Assembly (NCBI GenBank): GCA_023334545.1
Contig: JAADVB010000028.1
Coordinates: 46,957 to 110,956, forward strand
Origin: Salisapilia sapeloensis CBS 127946
Taxonomy: Eukaryota; Protista; Oomycota
Direction of reading: 5' to 3'
DNA: 64,000 bases
Shown here: one piece after another, positions 35,729-46,448 of the stretch
How positions within the stretch are numbered: position 1 is the first letter of the stretch
Layout: every line of letters begins with the position of its first letter
The notes under the pieces: model-generated
Seen by the model: only the letters and a program-made list of their open reading frames with translations
Database searches by the model: none
What the model was told of the DNA's origin: nothing
Position numbers and translations under genes: made by a program

Positions 35729-38700
35729 TCACACTTCCTGCGGTCGCTGAAACATGAGCAATAGCGGCTTCGGTCCGCGCTGAAGAAGCTTCATCGCTGC
35801 ACCAAAGCCCATCTTGCTAATGTTGTTGTTATTTATGCTAAGCAACACGTCGCCAATCTCGACTCGATTCTTCTGCGAGCTCCGAGCGACTGCGCCTTCG
35901 TTCTTCACGTTGATGACGCGAGGGTAGTAGCTCATACTCTCCTGCTTGACGACGATACCCAGCGGTCCGTCCTCGTCTTTCCACGTAATGTAGTAGAGCG
36001 ACGCATCATCCCGCGGATTCATGCTCAGCCGCGTCCGACGAGACGATCGGGAGGATGCAGCTGACGACGAGACCATGGACGACACGAGAGATGAGTATCG
36101 AAAGTCGTCTTGCGGTGCATCCTCCGGGATCTCCAGGTCTTCCGTCGAGTCTGCATGTCGAAAGCGGAGGACGACAGGTCTCGGGCCGCTTTCGAGGATA
36201 TCAATCACCTTTTGGAAACGAACGTCTCGCGTGGAAAACTCATTGATAAAGATCAAGTGGTCGCCCACACGGACGTTAAACATACCCGGGAGCTTAGCGT
36301 TCCCATTCGCCTGCAAGACACATGGGTAGCCACTATCCGGATCCGGTCGGAAGCCCAGACCCAACGGCACACCTTCCAGCCACAGCACTTCGTAGTCTTC
36401 TTCTCCAAGCAGTTCAAGTGATCCTTGTCGTTCCCGCAGCGACTTGGTCTGACTACGTTCAAAGCGCAGTCGCACGGGTTTCTCGACTTCTTGTAAGATC
36501 GCAAGTGTCCGTCGGATTTCACCTTTCTTCACCTCCATCTTACCGACTGACAAGAGGATGTCTCCTTTCGTCACTTCAAAGATATCGGCGCAATTGCTCA
36601 GACTCTCATGCACGCGTCTTACGACTGGCATGCCGGACGTCGGGTCACTTTCAAAGTAAAGGCCGAGGAGCCCACACTCCCATACGATCTCGTACTCGTC
36701 TTCAATATGCGTTGGAGGCGTATAATTCGCGAGTTTCTGCTTGGATTCGCGCATGCGTTGGGACTTCGATCGCGTATAAGGCTTCTCCGAGTCCATTGAC
36801 GAGATGATACTCACATCTCGTTCGCTATCGGCCGTCACGTTCGTGGATCGTTTATCGAAAGACGTGCGACGGACGAGAGAGTCGCCAGTGAAGCGCATGA
36901 TGGAATCCGCGAACGACCCTTCGTCCTCATCGTCCGATACGCTCAGCGTATTGGCAGAGCACCCACGTCGAACGAGCCATCCTCGGATGAAAGACTGGAT
37001 GACTGTCGCTGCCAAGAAGCGTCGGAACCACTTCTTGGCCATGTGCATGCGGACGACGGACTGTATTCGCACTACCGCGCGATGGATTCGAATGCGTCGG
37101 AGATACCTCTTATGACATCGATGGCATCGGAACGTGGCTTGTACGACGACAGCAGCGTGTTTCCAACGCAGGAACTGGGCTCGACGGACGTATCCGAGCC
37201 AGTACCTCTGCAGCGTCACGATCGAATGATGCAGTGCCTTGGCTCGTGCTGCTTCTAGCACCTGATGCGCTTCCAATAGAGCGAAGACCTTGGTCTTCCC
37301 TACTTGGAACGGCGGTCGACGGTCATCACTATCGCTCTTAATCTTGTACTTGGTCATAAACGTCTCGACCATGCGTGCGCTAAAGTCTTTGTAGTCAGAT
37401 GTCGGAGGCATGCTGCCATCTGACATGAGACACAAGTAGTTGCTGATGAAAACGTCGTGAGTGAGGCGGACGGGGTATCCGCTTCGAGAGATCTTGACAG
37501 CTTCTAACACACCACTGCACCTCAATTGTTCCAACACACGTTTCCGGTCGAGGATCGAGGCACTCGCGACGTCATTTGGTTTAACGCAACGGACAAAGTG
37601 CGGTTCCGTCGCGTTTAAAATGTCCAGCAAGGAGGACAATTGACTCTTAAACTGCGACGCGACGGTGGACGACATGATACCTCCACGTCGACGTCCGCTG
37701 CCTTTTCGAGCGATAGATGCATCCTCTGCACTCGGCGCCGGGTCAAAGAGTTTACAAATAAATGGCACTTGGGACGTCCGCAACAAGTCGACGGCCTCTG
37801 TGTGCATGTGGTCCTTGTTCTTATCGCAAAAGCCATCCGTCGTGTAGCACACGTCTCCGGCATAGTGATGGATTACAAACATCCGTCGAGCTTTCTGCAG
37901 CTTGGTCATGGAAAAGCTGTCGTGATCTTCAAGTGTCTCCTGATACTTGTTCGCGAGTTTCTCGTCATTGCCGCGAGGCATGAGACACTGTTCGTCAAGT
38001 AGAGAAAAGATCCCCTTTTGTTTTCGTTCTAAGACTGCGACACAAGCGTCGTTATTCGGGTAGTCTACAAAGCTCCACGGGATCTCTTCCGCGACATATT
38101 CGTCCTGTTCCATGCGAAAGACAAACGCACCAAAGAGCTGCTGAAGCTTTTCGTTCGCATAATTGATACACAATTGCTCGAGTCGGTTCTGTTCAAAGAT
38201 TTCAAAGCCAAAGATGTCCACGACACCAATGAATTGCGTACGTTTCTTGTCTTCCTGATACTGAATCGACGTATTGATACGAGCGACAAGCCATTCGAAC
38301 AGATTCGAGTACAGCGTCTTGACGATCGAGTCGCGTGTCGATGCCGCTTGCTCTGTCGTGAGACTTGTTGTAATGTACTCCATCCCGGCCTTGATACGCT
38401 TCGTACTGAGCGTCGACTGGAGAACGTCCTTCTCCACACCTAACAGGCGACATACAGTCTCGACGGTAGATGCACATGCCGTGTCGACCATGGCTTCCTC
38501 CTTGCCTTGCTGATTGACAAAGTTCACGTTGCCTAGATGCAAGACGGAGGACACGACTTGCATGACACTCACCTGCTCTACTTCATCCATACCTAATCCA
38601 GTCATGGCTTTCCTGGTGGCAGCATACGACTCGCCATCGTCGACACCGTCGAGACGAGTGTAGCAGTCGCTCTTATTCAAGTACGCATACGCCTGGACGT

Positions 38701-39586
38701 CCTGTAGATCCAAGTGCTTTCGTTCATCTGCTGATGCGCCTTGACATAGTTCATAGAAAATGTGGTAGCTACGCTCGCCGCGTGCTTGGGACACGAGTCG
38801 CACGCGTTCGAGCAAGTAGGTGGAGATACTGGCGCCAAGCATCTCGCCACTAGCATTGAAGCCAAGTTTGATGAACTTGCCAAAGCGACTGCTGTTGTTA
38901 TTGCGCGTCGTTCGGGCGTTGCCAAAGGACTCGAGAATCGGATTGGACTCGAGGACGCGGTCGTGGATAGACGAGTTGCCTTGAGAGTTTCCATGCGAGT
39001 GCCGACGGACTTGTTGCGTGGATACAAAAGCGAGGTAGTTCATGATGAGCTTTGTGGTCTCTGTCTTCCCTGCGCCGCTTTCGCCACTGACGAGAATCGT
39101 TTGATTACAATCTCCCTGACTCGACCGCTCTTGCATCTTTCGAAAGGCTTTGTCACCGACAGAATAGATGTGTGGCGGAAGTTGCTTGGCGCTTTCGACG
39201 TCGCCGCCGAGACTAAAATACTGCGACTTGATGTCACTTGAATAACAATCCAACGACCGGAAGGGATTAACCGCTACGAGGATCGATCCGGTGCTTGTGT
39301 ATATGTGTCCGTGCTGGAATCGGTCCTTGAGGACTTGCAGGATAGCTGGTTCGTGCAAATGGACGAGTTTGGTTAAATCTGCGACGCTATGGTAGACTTC
39401 TGACGTATTTCGCGCTAGCACCTTGTCCGGCGTGATGGTCGCGTTCTCCTTCCAGCCTTCGCCTGTTCCATTGTCGTCGACCATGTCAACACAGCACTCG
39501 ATCTGCCCGTCCTGCATCTTCTTCTCGACCACAGCTTCGTACCATAGTCCTTGATACTGAACCCACACGGTCGCCCCCACGTCCAT
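35729..39586 (-). CDS. Myosin heavy chain: N-terminal SH3-like domain, motor, about 4 IQ motifs and three C-terminal PDZ-like domains
   Basis: GESGAGKT P-loop, LESFGNARTTRNNNSSRFGKF, DIFGFE and QLRCSGVLE. IQ motifs such as IQSFIRGWLVRR. Three repeats of Y.(I/V).W...(P)LG(L/I)...V...GD.L..I. 1285 aa, intronless. Confidence 0.95.
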   Translation of the reverse strand: MDVGATVWVQYQGLWYEAVVEKKMQDGQIECCVDMVDDNGTGEGWKENATITPDKVLARNTSEVYHSVADLTKLVHLHEPAILQVLKDRFQHGHIYTSTGSILVAVNPFRSLDCYSSDIKSQYFSLGGDVESAKQLPPHIYSVGDKAFRKMQERSSQGDCNQTILVSGESGAGKTETTKLIMNYLAFVSTQQVRRHSHGNSQGNSSIHDRVLESNPILESFGNARTTRNNNSSRFGKFIKLGFNASGEMLGASISTYLLERVRLVSQARGERSYHIFYELCQGASADERKHLDLQDVQAYAYLNKSDCYTRLDGVDDGESYAATRKAMTGLGMDEVEQVSVMQVVSSVLHLGNVNFVNQQGKEEAMVDTACASTVETVCRLLGVEKDVLQSTLSTKRIKAGMEYITTSLTTEQAASTRDSIVKTLYSNLFEWLVARINTSIQYQEDKKRTQFIGVVDIFGFEIFEQNRLEQLCINYANEKLQQLFGAFVFRMEQDEYVAEEIPWSFVDYPNNDACVAVLERKQKGIFSLLDEQCLMPRGNDEKLANKYQETLEDHDSFSMTKLQKARRMFVIHHYAGDVCYTTDGFCDKNKDHMHTEAVDLLRTSQVPFICKLFDPAPSAEDASIARKGSGRRRGGIMSSTVASQFKSQLSSLLDILNATEPHFVRCVKPNDVASASILDRKRVLEQLRCSGVLEAVKISRSGYPVRLTHDVFISNYLCLMSDGSMPPTSDYKDFSARMVETFMTKYKIKSDSDDRRPPFQVGKTKVFALLEAHQVLEAARAKALHHSIVTLQRYWLGYVRRAQFLRWKHAAVVVQATFRCHRCHKRYLRRIRIHRAVVRIQSVVRMHMAKKWFRRFLAATVIQSFIRGWLVRRGCSANTLSVSDDEDEGSFADSIMRFTGDSLVRRTSFDKRSTNVTADSERDVSIISSMDSEKPYTRSKSQRMRESKQKLANYTPPTHIEDEYEIVWECGLLGLYFESDPTSGMPVVRRVHESLSNCADIFEVTKGDILLSVGKMEVKKGEIRRTLAILQEVEKPVRLRFERSQTKSLRERQGSLELLGEEDYEVLWLEGVPLGLGFRPDPDSGYPCVLQANGNAKLPGMFNVRVGDHLIFINEFSTRDVRFQKVIDILESGPRPVVLRFRHADSTEDLEIPEDAPQDDFRYSSLVSSMVSSSAASSRSSRRTRLSMNPRDDASLYYITWKDEDGPLGIVVKQESMSYYPRVINVKNEGAVARSSQKNRVEIGDVLLSINNNNISKMGFGAAMKLLQRGPKPLLLMFQRPQEV

Positions 39587-40265
39587 CGTTTATCTAGTCT
39601 CGAAGCTCCTAGTCGTACGCAATACGCGTTCTACTTGTCTTTTCGACAATCGATCCTTTTCGTTGCACAAAGGGGGAGAGGAAGCAAGGAGCGTCTTGTC
39701 CAAGAGTGCACAAAGGGAGTACGTCCTTGCGAGCGCTTCTTCTCGCACAGGCGAAAGGTGCTGGGAATGTGACTTACCCCGCTTTTTGACCAGAAGTGTG
39801 CGATTATTAGCCAATCACGGCCGAAAAAGCCAGGTACAGTCCTCGGCACAACCGCTATTAGGACCACGATTTGCGCTGTCGTCAAGTTGTAACGCTCTGT
39901 TTCGCGTCGTAAATGCGACTTTTCTCGAGCTTTAACGTCCGCACTGTACTGGCATGTCTATATGTAGAAGCCATCGACGTCCTGAACATGCGCTTGGTAC
40001 TGTACGGAAAGTGCCATTAGCAATTCCGAGCAATCTTTACTTGCTGATTGTACTTGCGCCCAGACATCCAGCGGCAAGCCGTTGGCAAGTCTGCTCTGCA
40101 TATCTTGGCAAGTAGGGCGAGATCTTGGATAGTGGCAGCAATACCCCGTCAAGATAGTACGCGGATGGTGTCTTATGGATTGAAGTAATCGTGCAACCGC
40201 TCAAGCTCGAGGCACCTTTTGCATGATATCGAGTATACTAAAGGAAGGTCGATCGCAACCATTAA

Positions 40266-41081
40266 ATGGCTGACGCTCGAGCAATGTCGGACGCGACGCA
40301 GGAGGAGACACCAGAAGCCTATGTGCAGCGGTTCTGGGCCACCCATGCATCCGCCTTTATGCGGTGGTTCCTAGCACTACCATACACTGGCCAAGTATCT
40401 CTCCTGCGCAATGCTAGTCCGGATATTGCTGTCTCGTACGATCCGCACGACCGTCATCCACAACCAACGCAGCTTCTCGCGCCAGAGTTGTCGCTAAAAG
40501 GATTATTGGACGACAATGGCAAGTCGCTCCTGCGCCTTATGAATGCACGAGCACGCCGGCCGGACGACTGTACTCGCCACGACTTGGTCTACCTCCGGTC
40601 GCTCCGGTCGGATGACAGTATGCCGACGTTTTCCGGCGATACGTTCAAGGACGTACCGCTAGCATTCATCGACCCGGCCGATCCGGAACAGAATGTCCAG
40701 CAAGTTGCATCCACCGCCAGCGAAGAGACGCTGGCAGAGAAGAAGAAACAGGTACAGGATGGGCAACTCATCGAGGCCGACGTCTGGTTGGCGCTGCAGA
40801 TGCGTCAACGGACGATCACGACGCTACTGGCCAACGTCGCGAACACGTTCGAGTCCATGTTCCTCCACCAGACGATGATGAACGCCGTCGCTTCCCAGCA
40901 GGTCGGATGCCGTTATTGCGGCGTGGCCAAGCAAGAGGATGGGTCCAACTTGCTCCAATGCGCTTGCGGCGGTGCATTCTATTGTTCCAAGGAGCATCAG
41001 AAAGAGGACTGGTCTAGTCATAAGAAGAGTTGCCAAGCAATTCAAAATGCCAAGGCGAATGATACGAGTGCAAGTGAATAA
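40266..41081 (+). CDS. MYND-type zinc finger protein
   Basis: C-terminal CRYCGVAK...LLQCACGGAFYCSKEHQKEDWSSHKKSC. The N-terminal ~210 aa are not recognised. Confidence 0.88.
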   Translation: MADARAMSDATQEETPEAYVQRFWATHASAFMRWFLALPYTGQVSLLRNASPDIAVSYDPHDRHPQPTQLLAPELSLKGLLDDNGKSLLRLMNARARRPDDCTRHDLVYLRSLRSDDSMPTFSGDTFKDVPLAFIDPADPEQNVQQVASTASEETLAEKKKQVQDGQLIEADVWLALQMRQRTITTLLANVANTFESMFLHQTMMNAVASQQVGCRYCGVAKQEDGSNLLQCACGGAFYCSKEHQKEDWSSHKKSCQAIQNAKANDTSASE

Positions 41082-41179
41082 AGGAATAGTTTTTTCTTTA
41101 CTAGAAATGATGTCTTTATTGTACTTTTACACGAATGTATTTCGGCGGTGTTGATAATTTATAACCGGAGAGATGCTGT

Positions 41180-41500
41180 TTATGCCTTTTGCTTCTTCCG
41201 AAGGTACTCGTCAAAGACGTCGTACCAAATTGTGGCTTGTTCATCGTCTGGTGCGATGACTTGGAGCAGTCGACCGCTCCGCAGGGTGATGCAAAGACCG
41301 TGCTTGACTTCGTCGGAGAAGACGGCGTCGACGATGTCGTCTCCGCCAAGGACTTTGGAGGACTCTCGTCGGTCCTTGCGATAACTGAGTTTTCCTTCTT
41401 GGAAGACGAAATACCGTTTCTTCCAGCTCTTAACGAGACCTCCTTGCTTGCTCAGGAAGCCTTCGGCGTACCCATCGAGGGCTAGCACGGAATCGTCCAT
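41180..41500 (-). CDS. Small stand-alone PH-domain protein (106 aa)
   Basis: EGFLSKQGGLVKSWKKRYFVF...LQVIAPDDEQATIWYDVF. The likely start is ATG 41500. Confidence 0.85.
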   Translation of the reverse strand: MDDSVLALDGYAEGFLSKQGGLVKSWKKRYFVFQEGKLSYRKDRRESSKVLGGDDIVDAVFSDEVKHGLCITLRSGRLLQVIAPDDEQATIWYDVFDEYLRKKQKA

Positions 41501-42153
41501 AGTTAACGTGGGGGAGAAGATGGTGGGCGGACGAATGTGAATTCGAGAATGGTAAATGCGGTGAAGAACGGCAGGCGAAGTGCGATCAGACGAGGCAATG
41601 TACGACTTGACAACAGTGTTTCTCAAGTGGGTTCACGCCAACTGAATGCGACACAGACCCTGTCTCCCTACCCTTCCCGTATCCACCACCAAGAATCTCG
41701 TGGTGACCAAGCGTCGGATTTTCCGAGTGCGATGCCAAGAGTCTGCTTTTGTCGCCGAAATTGAAGCGTCGACCGTCGTACCCTTTCATTCAAATATTTA
41801 CGTGCCTGTGATCCGACGTGTGCGATGAAAAATCCATGCTTGGATACAGCAGCGGACGTGGAAGGATAAAATCCGAAACAAGTGGACGAAGTGATTTTGA
41901 CCTACAGAAAAACCTTTCTAACATGATATAACCCGTATACGCGTATCGTATTATATATCGCAGAGTATATCTTTTGAATATTCTCATTTATCACCAATTT
42001 GTATGGATGTTCTATATCGGAGACCTGACTTTTTATCACATATAGCAAGATATGAGGTTTTGGAGGGTTTAGGGATGACAGGTTTGACTGAGACTTCAAC
42101 TTGCATTTAGAATAATCGTGAAACACTCTTCTTTCCATCCAGAATCGATCGTC

Positions 42154-43499
42154 ATGGCCGTACGTCGAGCTACGCACGCTGGATCCTGGTATTCGCATGA
42201 AGCCAAGGTGCTCGATGAACAAATGGACGGTAATGCCCTTCGTTGTCGCAGCTAGATCTTGGATACTCATTGCATCCTAACGACAGAATGGCTTGGCGCA
42301 GCGGAAGCAGCCAACGACGTCGGCGAGCATCCGACACTCCGGGCGATCATTGCACCGCACGCAGGGTTTCAGTGCGTTGCACTTCTCACTCTCCCTATAC
42401 ACTATTTACAATCGGCATGCTAGCTACTCTGGTCCGACCGCAGCGTCGGCGTATCATCACATGAAAAATTTGGACCATGTCAAACGCGTTTTCATCCTCG
42501 GTCCTTCCCACCACTTTTATCTTCGGTACGTGTCCTACCCAGACACGAGTGCAGATCGTACTGACACATGCCCCTCTAGAGGCTGTGCCGTCTCAAACGC
42601 AGAAGCTTACGAGACACCGCTGGGCAACATGCCCATCGATAAGGAGACAAACGAACAGCTTGCTGCAACAGTACCTTTGATTCTGATTTTGTACCGACTA
42701 CATGACTGTAACAAGTATGTCTCCAAGGGGAAATTCAACACCATGTCGCTGGATGTCGACGAAGATGAGCACAGTATCGAGATGCACTTGCCATTTGTAT
42801 TTAAGGTCGTCCCTACTCCTAGACAACGTGCAACCCTATCGTGATGGCAATAAACTCTGTCCCAAGTGCAGGTCATGGCGGGAAGGTCTTTTCAAATCGT
42901 CCCGATCCTAGTGGGTAATACGAAAAGCAAGGAAGACGTCGAGTACGGCAAGTACGTTTGCATGCAATATCTTATTCCATGTCCCACTTGACACGTGTCC
43001 ATTCTCTTCAGGATCTTGGCACCGTACTTTCAGGATCCAGCCAACCTCTTCGTCGTCAGTTCGGACTTTTGTCATTGGGGTGCTCGGTACATCTCTCTCT
43101 TGAGAGACACCCTAGTACACTCATTAACGTTGATTGCTCACAGGTTCCGATACCAACCACATGACTCGGCGTATGGAGAAATTCACGAATACATTACTCA
43201 TCTGGATCATGAAGGAATGCAGGTACACACGCTTGCTCATCTTGCTCGATGCGATGCCTTATATATCATGCATATCCTAGATCATTGAGCAGCTGGATCC
43301 GCCTAAGTTCCACGAGTACTTGAAAGAGACTAACAATACGATCTGTGGACGTCATCCCATCGCGCTCTTGCTCAATACGATCACCAAGTCGGATCTCTCG
43401 TGCACGCTCAAGTTCGTCCGATACGCTCAGAGCAACCCATGTAAGCGTCGAGGCGATTCCTCCGTCAGCTATGCGTCTGCTATCGTCTATACGCAGTAA
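42154..43499 (+). CDS. MEMO1: Protein MEMO1, multi-exon
   Basis: MAVRRATHAGSWY, RAIIAPHAG, YSGPTAASAY, RVFILGPSHH, DEDEHSIEMHLPF, LFVVSSDFCHWG, NTICGRHPI and SSVSYASAI. Confidence 0.96.
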
Positions 43500-43530
43500 A
43501 AGCAAGAGAATGGAAAACAAAATCGTTGCT

Positions 43531-46251
43531 TTATTCTTTTCCAAAGACCTGTTCAAAGATATCTTGCGTTTGCTGGGCATTGCGCTTGGACATGCCGACA
43601 GCAGTGGATGGTAGACTCGGTCGACCGACGTACTGAAGAGGAAGCTTCTTGGGCAAGACGTGGTCGAGATGTGCCTTGGCATAACTCCACGCGCCTTGGT
43701 TCATCGGTTCTTCCTGGACCCACAAGACTTCCTTGGCTTTCCCATACGCTTGCATGGCTTCTTGCACCTGTTTAAGAGGGAATGGCGACAGCTCTTCTAT
43801 ACGTACAATCGCCGTTTCTTCCGGATGCGCACTTCGTTGACGGTTCTCTCTCGCTAGTTCGTAGTAGAATTTACCAGAGCACAATATGACTCGCTTGACC
43901 TTGTTCTCCGCTTGGACGTTTGGATCCATGAGAAGAGGTTGGAAAGTCGATCCGACGTCCATGTCTTCCATCGGGGACACAGCTTCATTCAGACGTAGCA
44001 TCGTCTTAGGTCCAATGACAACTAACGGTTTACGATAGTCGCGATGCTGTTGTCGTCGTAAGAGATGGAAGTAGTTTGCAGGCGTCGTGACATGGGCGAC
44101 AATCATGTTCGGATTGAACTCAAAGAGATCTCCCGAGCCCGTTGGACGCAAGGCTGGTGAATTGACCATCTGCAAAAAGCGTTCGGGACGAGCACTGGAA
44201 TGATCAGGGCCCACACCGTCGTATCCGTGAGGAAGTAAAAGCACAAGTCCAGATTGACGCATCCATTTGGTTTCTCCTGACGCTAAGAACTGGTCAATGA
44301 CGATTTGAGCTCCGTTGGCAAAGTCACCAAACTGCGCTTCCCACAGCACCAAGTTCTTCGGATCTTCCCATGAGTACCCGTACTCAAAGCCCATGACCGC
44401 TAGTTCCGACAAGTGACTGTTGATCACGTCGAAGCGAGCTTGACTTGAGGACAAATGACGTAGTGGGAAGTACATGTCGTTCGTGTTTTGGTCCGTAAAG
44501 GCTGCATGGCGTTGACTGAAGGTACCACGTCGGCAGTCCTGACCAGAAAGACGGACGGATGTGCCTTCTGAAAGGAGAGATCCAAACGCCATGGCTTCAG
44601 CAGTTGCCCAATCCACCTGGATGTTATCCTCTGCTAGCATTTTCTTCCGAGCGTCAATGTGCGATCGTTGGAGTCGAGGATGCACTTTGAAAGTGTCTGG
44701 AATCGTAACACTTTCCACTCCGATATCAACTAACTTCTTCAGATCTACACCAGTATCTGGTTGCTTGTACAAATCCGTCGCAGATGGAGCAGACATGGTA
44801 CTCCACTTTTTCTCAAACGCGTCAGGAGATGTCGGTTCAAACTCTTTCGACGTCTGGAGTTCCTTTTCTAAATGGCTCTTTAACGAATCCACTAGCTGTT
44901 GTGTCTTATTCTCCGTCGTCAAGTTCCTTTCCGCCAACGTCTTCATAAACGTTTGTGGGAAACGACCTGCTTGGTCGACATTCGCATACATCTTTGGTTG
45001 CGTGAAACGAGGTTCATCCACTTCGTTATGACCGTGCCGACGGTAAGTCACGAGATCAATCACTACGTCTTTATGGAAACGTTGGCGATAGGCCATGGCG
45101 AGTCGACACGTCTGGATCACGTGTTCAATCGACTCGCCATTGACGTGGAAGACTGGAATGCCGAGACCCTTTGCAACGTCCGAAGCATAACCGGATGAAC
45201 GTGCGTCTGGGTACGTCGTCGTGAAACCAACTTGGTTGTTCACGATCAAACGGATCGAACCGTTCGTGGTAAAGTCCGGAAGTTGGGCCAAGGATAAGGA
45301 TTCAGGCACACATCCTTGGCCGGCAAACGCAGCATCACCGTGGATCGTCAGTGCCATGGCATCTCCACCAGCGTCGGTCTTGGCACGAGCCTTTCCGGCC
45401 GCCACGGCACTGATGATCTCGAGGTGAGAGGGATTATGAAGTAACGAAACGTGAACAGAAGAACCGCTGTAGTGTTTATCCACGGACTGCGCAATGTGGG
45501 AAGACACGTCGTCCAAGTGATCTTCCGTCATGTCTTTCGGGAACTCGGACATAGACTGGATCTTACGCAGCATCTTGTGCGCAGGATACTCTAGTAGTCC
45601 AGACAAGAGTGCGAGACGGCCACGATGGGGCATGCCGATGATCACGTCGGATACTTGAGTACTTGCGGCAGATTGCAAGACGGCGTTGACTGCCGGTAGC
45701 ATGGATTCTGCACCTTCGCCAGAGTACCGTTTGAAAGACGGGAACTTGGTCGCGAGGAACGTCTCTAAGGTGTCTGCCATAAGCATCGAGGTGCCAGCAT
45801 TGCGCAATTCCGACGGCGAGACCGGGAACTTGTCGTTCAAGGACTCGACATTAGATGCCAACCATTGCTTTTCCTCTTCCGAAGATAGATGCTCGAACTC
45901 AAAGCCGATTTGACTGCAGTAGGCAGCATGCAGATGCTCATAGAGCTCTTTCCCTGTCGAGCCAGAGTCGAGTTGCATTTCAAGCAAAGGTGCATAGTTG
46001 GATGAGTGGAGCTCTGGGATGGACGGGATGGTTTTCAACTTGAGCGGATCCGTATCGGCTTGGAGATGTCCGTGCTGACGGAATGCCTTTGCCATCGTAT
46101 TGGCTGCGAGCGATTCCAACGATGTTGATGAGGATGAAAAGGCTCGAGACGGAGAGACAGCATGCCGACCAAGCAAGTGGCTGGACTCAAAGCCTTTAGC
46201 CGCTAGCACTCGGGCTGTGTCGCGTGATACGTGGTGACGTAGTGCCAGCAT
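43531..46251 (-). CDS. DHTKD1: 2-oxoadipate dehydrogenase E1 (DHTKD1-like), mitochondrial
   Basis: AFRQHGHLQADTDPL, FKRYSGEGAESM (DHTKD1-type), IHGDAAFAGQG ThDP motif, RLSGQDCRRGTFSQRH and WEAQFGDF. It has a presequence-like N-terminus. Confidence 0.92.
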   Translation of the reverse strand: MLALRHHVSRDTARVLAAKGFESSHLLGRHAVSPSRAFSSSSTSLESLAANTMAKAFRQHGHLQADTDPLKLKTIPSIPELHSSNYAPLLEMQLDSGSTGKELYEHLHAAYCSQIGFEFEHLSSEEEKQWLASNVESLNDKFPVSPSELRNAGTSMLMADTLETFLATKFPSFKRYSGEGAESMLPAVNAVLQSAASTQVSDVIIGMPHRGRLALLSGLLEYPAHKMLRKIQSMSEFPKDMTEDHLDDVSSHIAQSVDKHYSGSSVHVSLLHNPSHLEIISAVAAGKARAKTDAGGDAMALTIHGDAAFAGQGCVPESLSLAQLPDFTTNGSIRLIVNNQVGFTTTYPDARSSGYASDVAKGLGIPVFHVNGESIEHVIQTCRLAMAYRQRFHKDVVIDLVTYRRHGHNEVDEPRFTQPKMYANVDQAGRFPQTFMKTLAERNLTTENKTQQLVDSLKSHLEKELQTSKEFEPTSPDAFEKKWSTMSAPSATDLYKQPDTGVDLKKLVDIGVESVTIPDTFKVHPRLQRSHIDARKKMLAEDNIQVDWATAEAMAFGSLLSEGTSVRLSGQDCRRGTFSQRHAAFTDQNTNDMYFPLRHLSSSQARFDVINSHLSELAVMGFEYGYSWEDPKNLVLWEAQFGDFANGAQIVIDQFLASGETKWMRQSGLVLLLPHGYDGVGPDHSSARPERFLQMVNSPALRPTGSGDLFEFNPNMIVAHVTTPANYFHLLRRQQHRDYRKPLVVIGPKTMLRLNEAVSPMEDMDVGSTFQPLLMDPNVQAENKVKRVILCSGKFYYELARENRQRSAHPEETAIVRIEELSPFPLKQVQEAMQAYGKAKEVLWVQEEPMNQGAWSYAKAHLDHVLPKKLPLQYVGRPSLPSTAVGMSKRNAQQTQDIFEQVFGKE

Positions 46252-46448
46252 GTCGACTCAGATTCTAAAATGATCTCTTTACGGTATTTCAAGGTGCGAA
46301 TGGTGTCTAAATCGTATGAATTGTATTAATTCGTCTGTAAAATGGACTCAACTTCAAGGTCATCCTATCATAGAGTTGGAAGGCAAAGATACTTGTAGTC
46401 ATCGTGAAGCGTATGCGCAAGTAGATAGATCAAATTAGAGCTGTTTGT

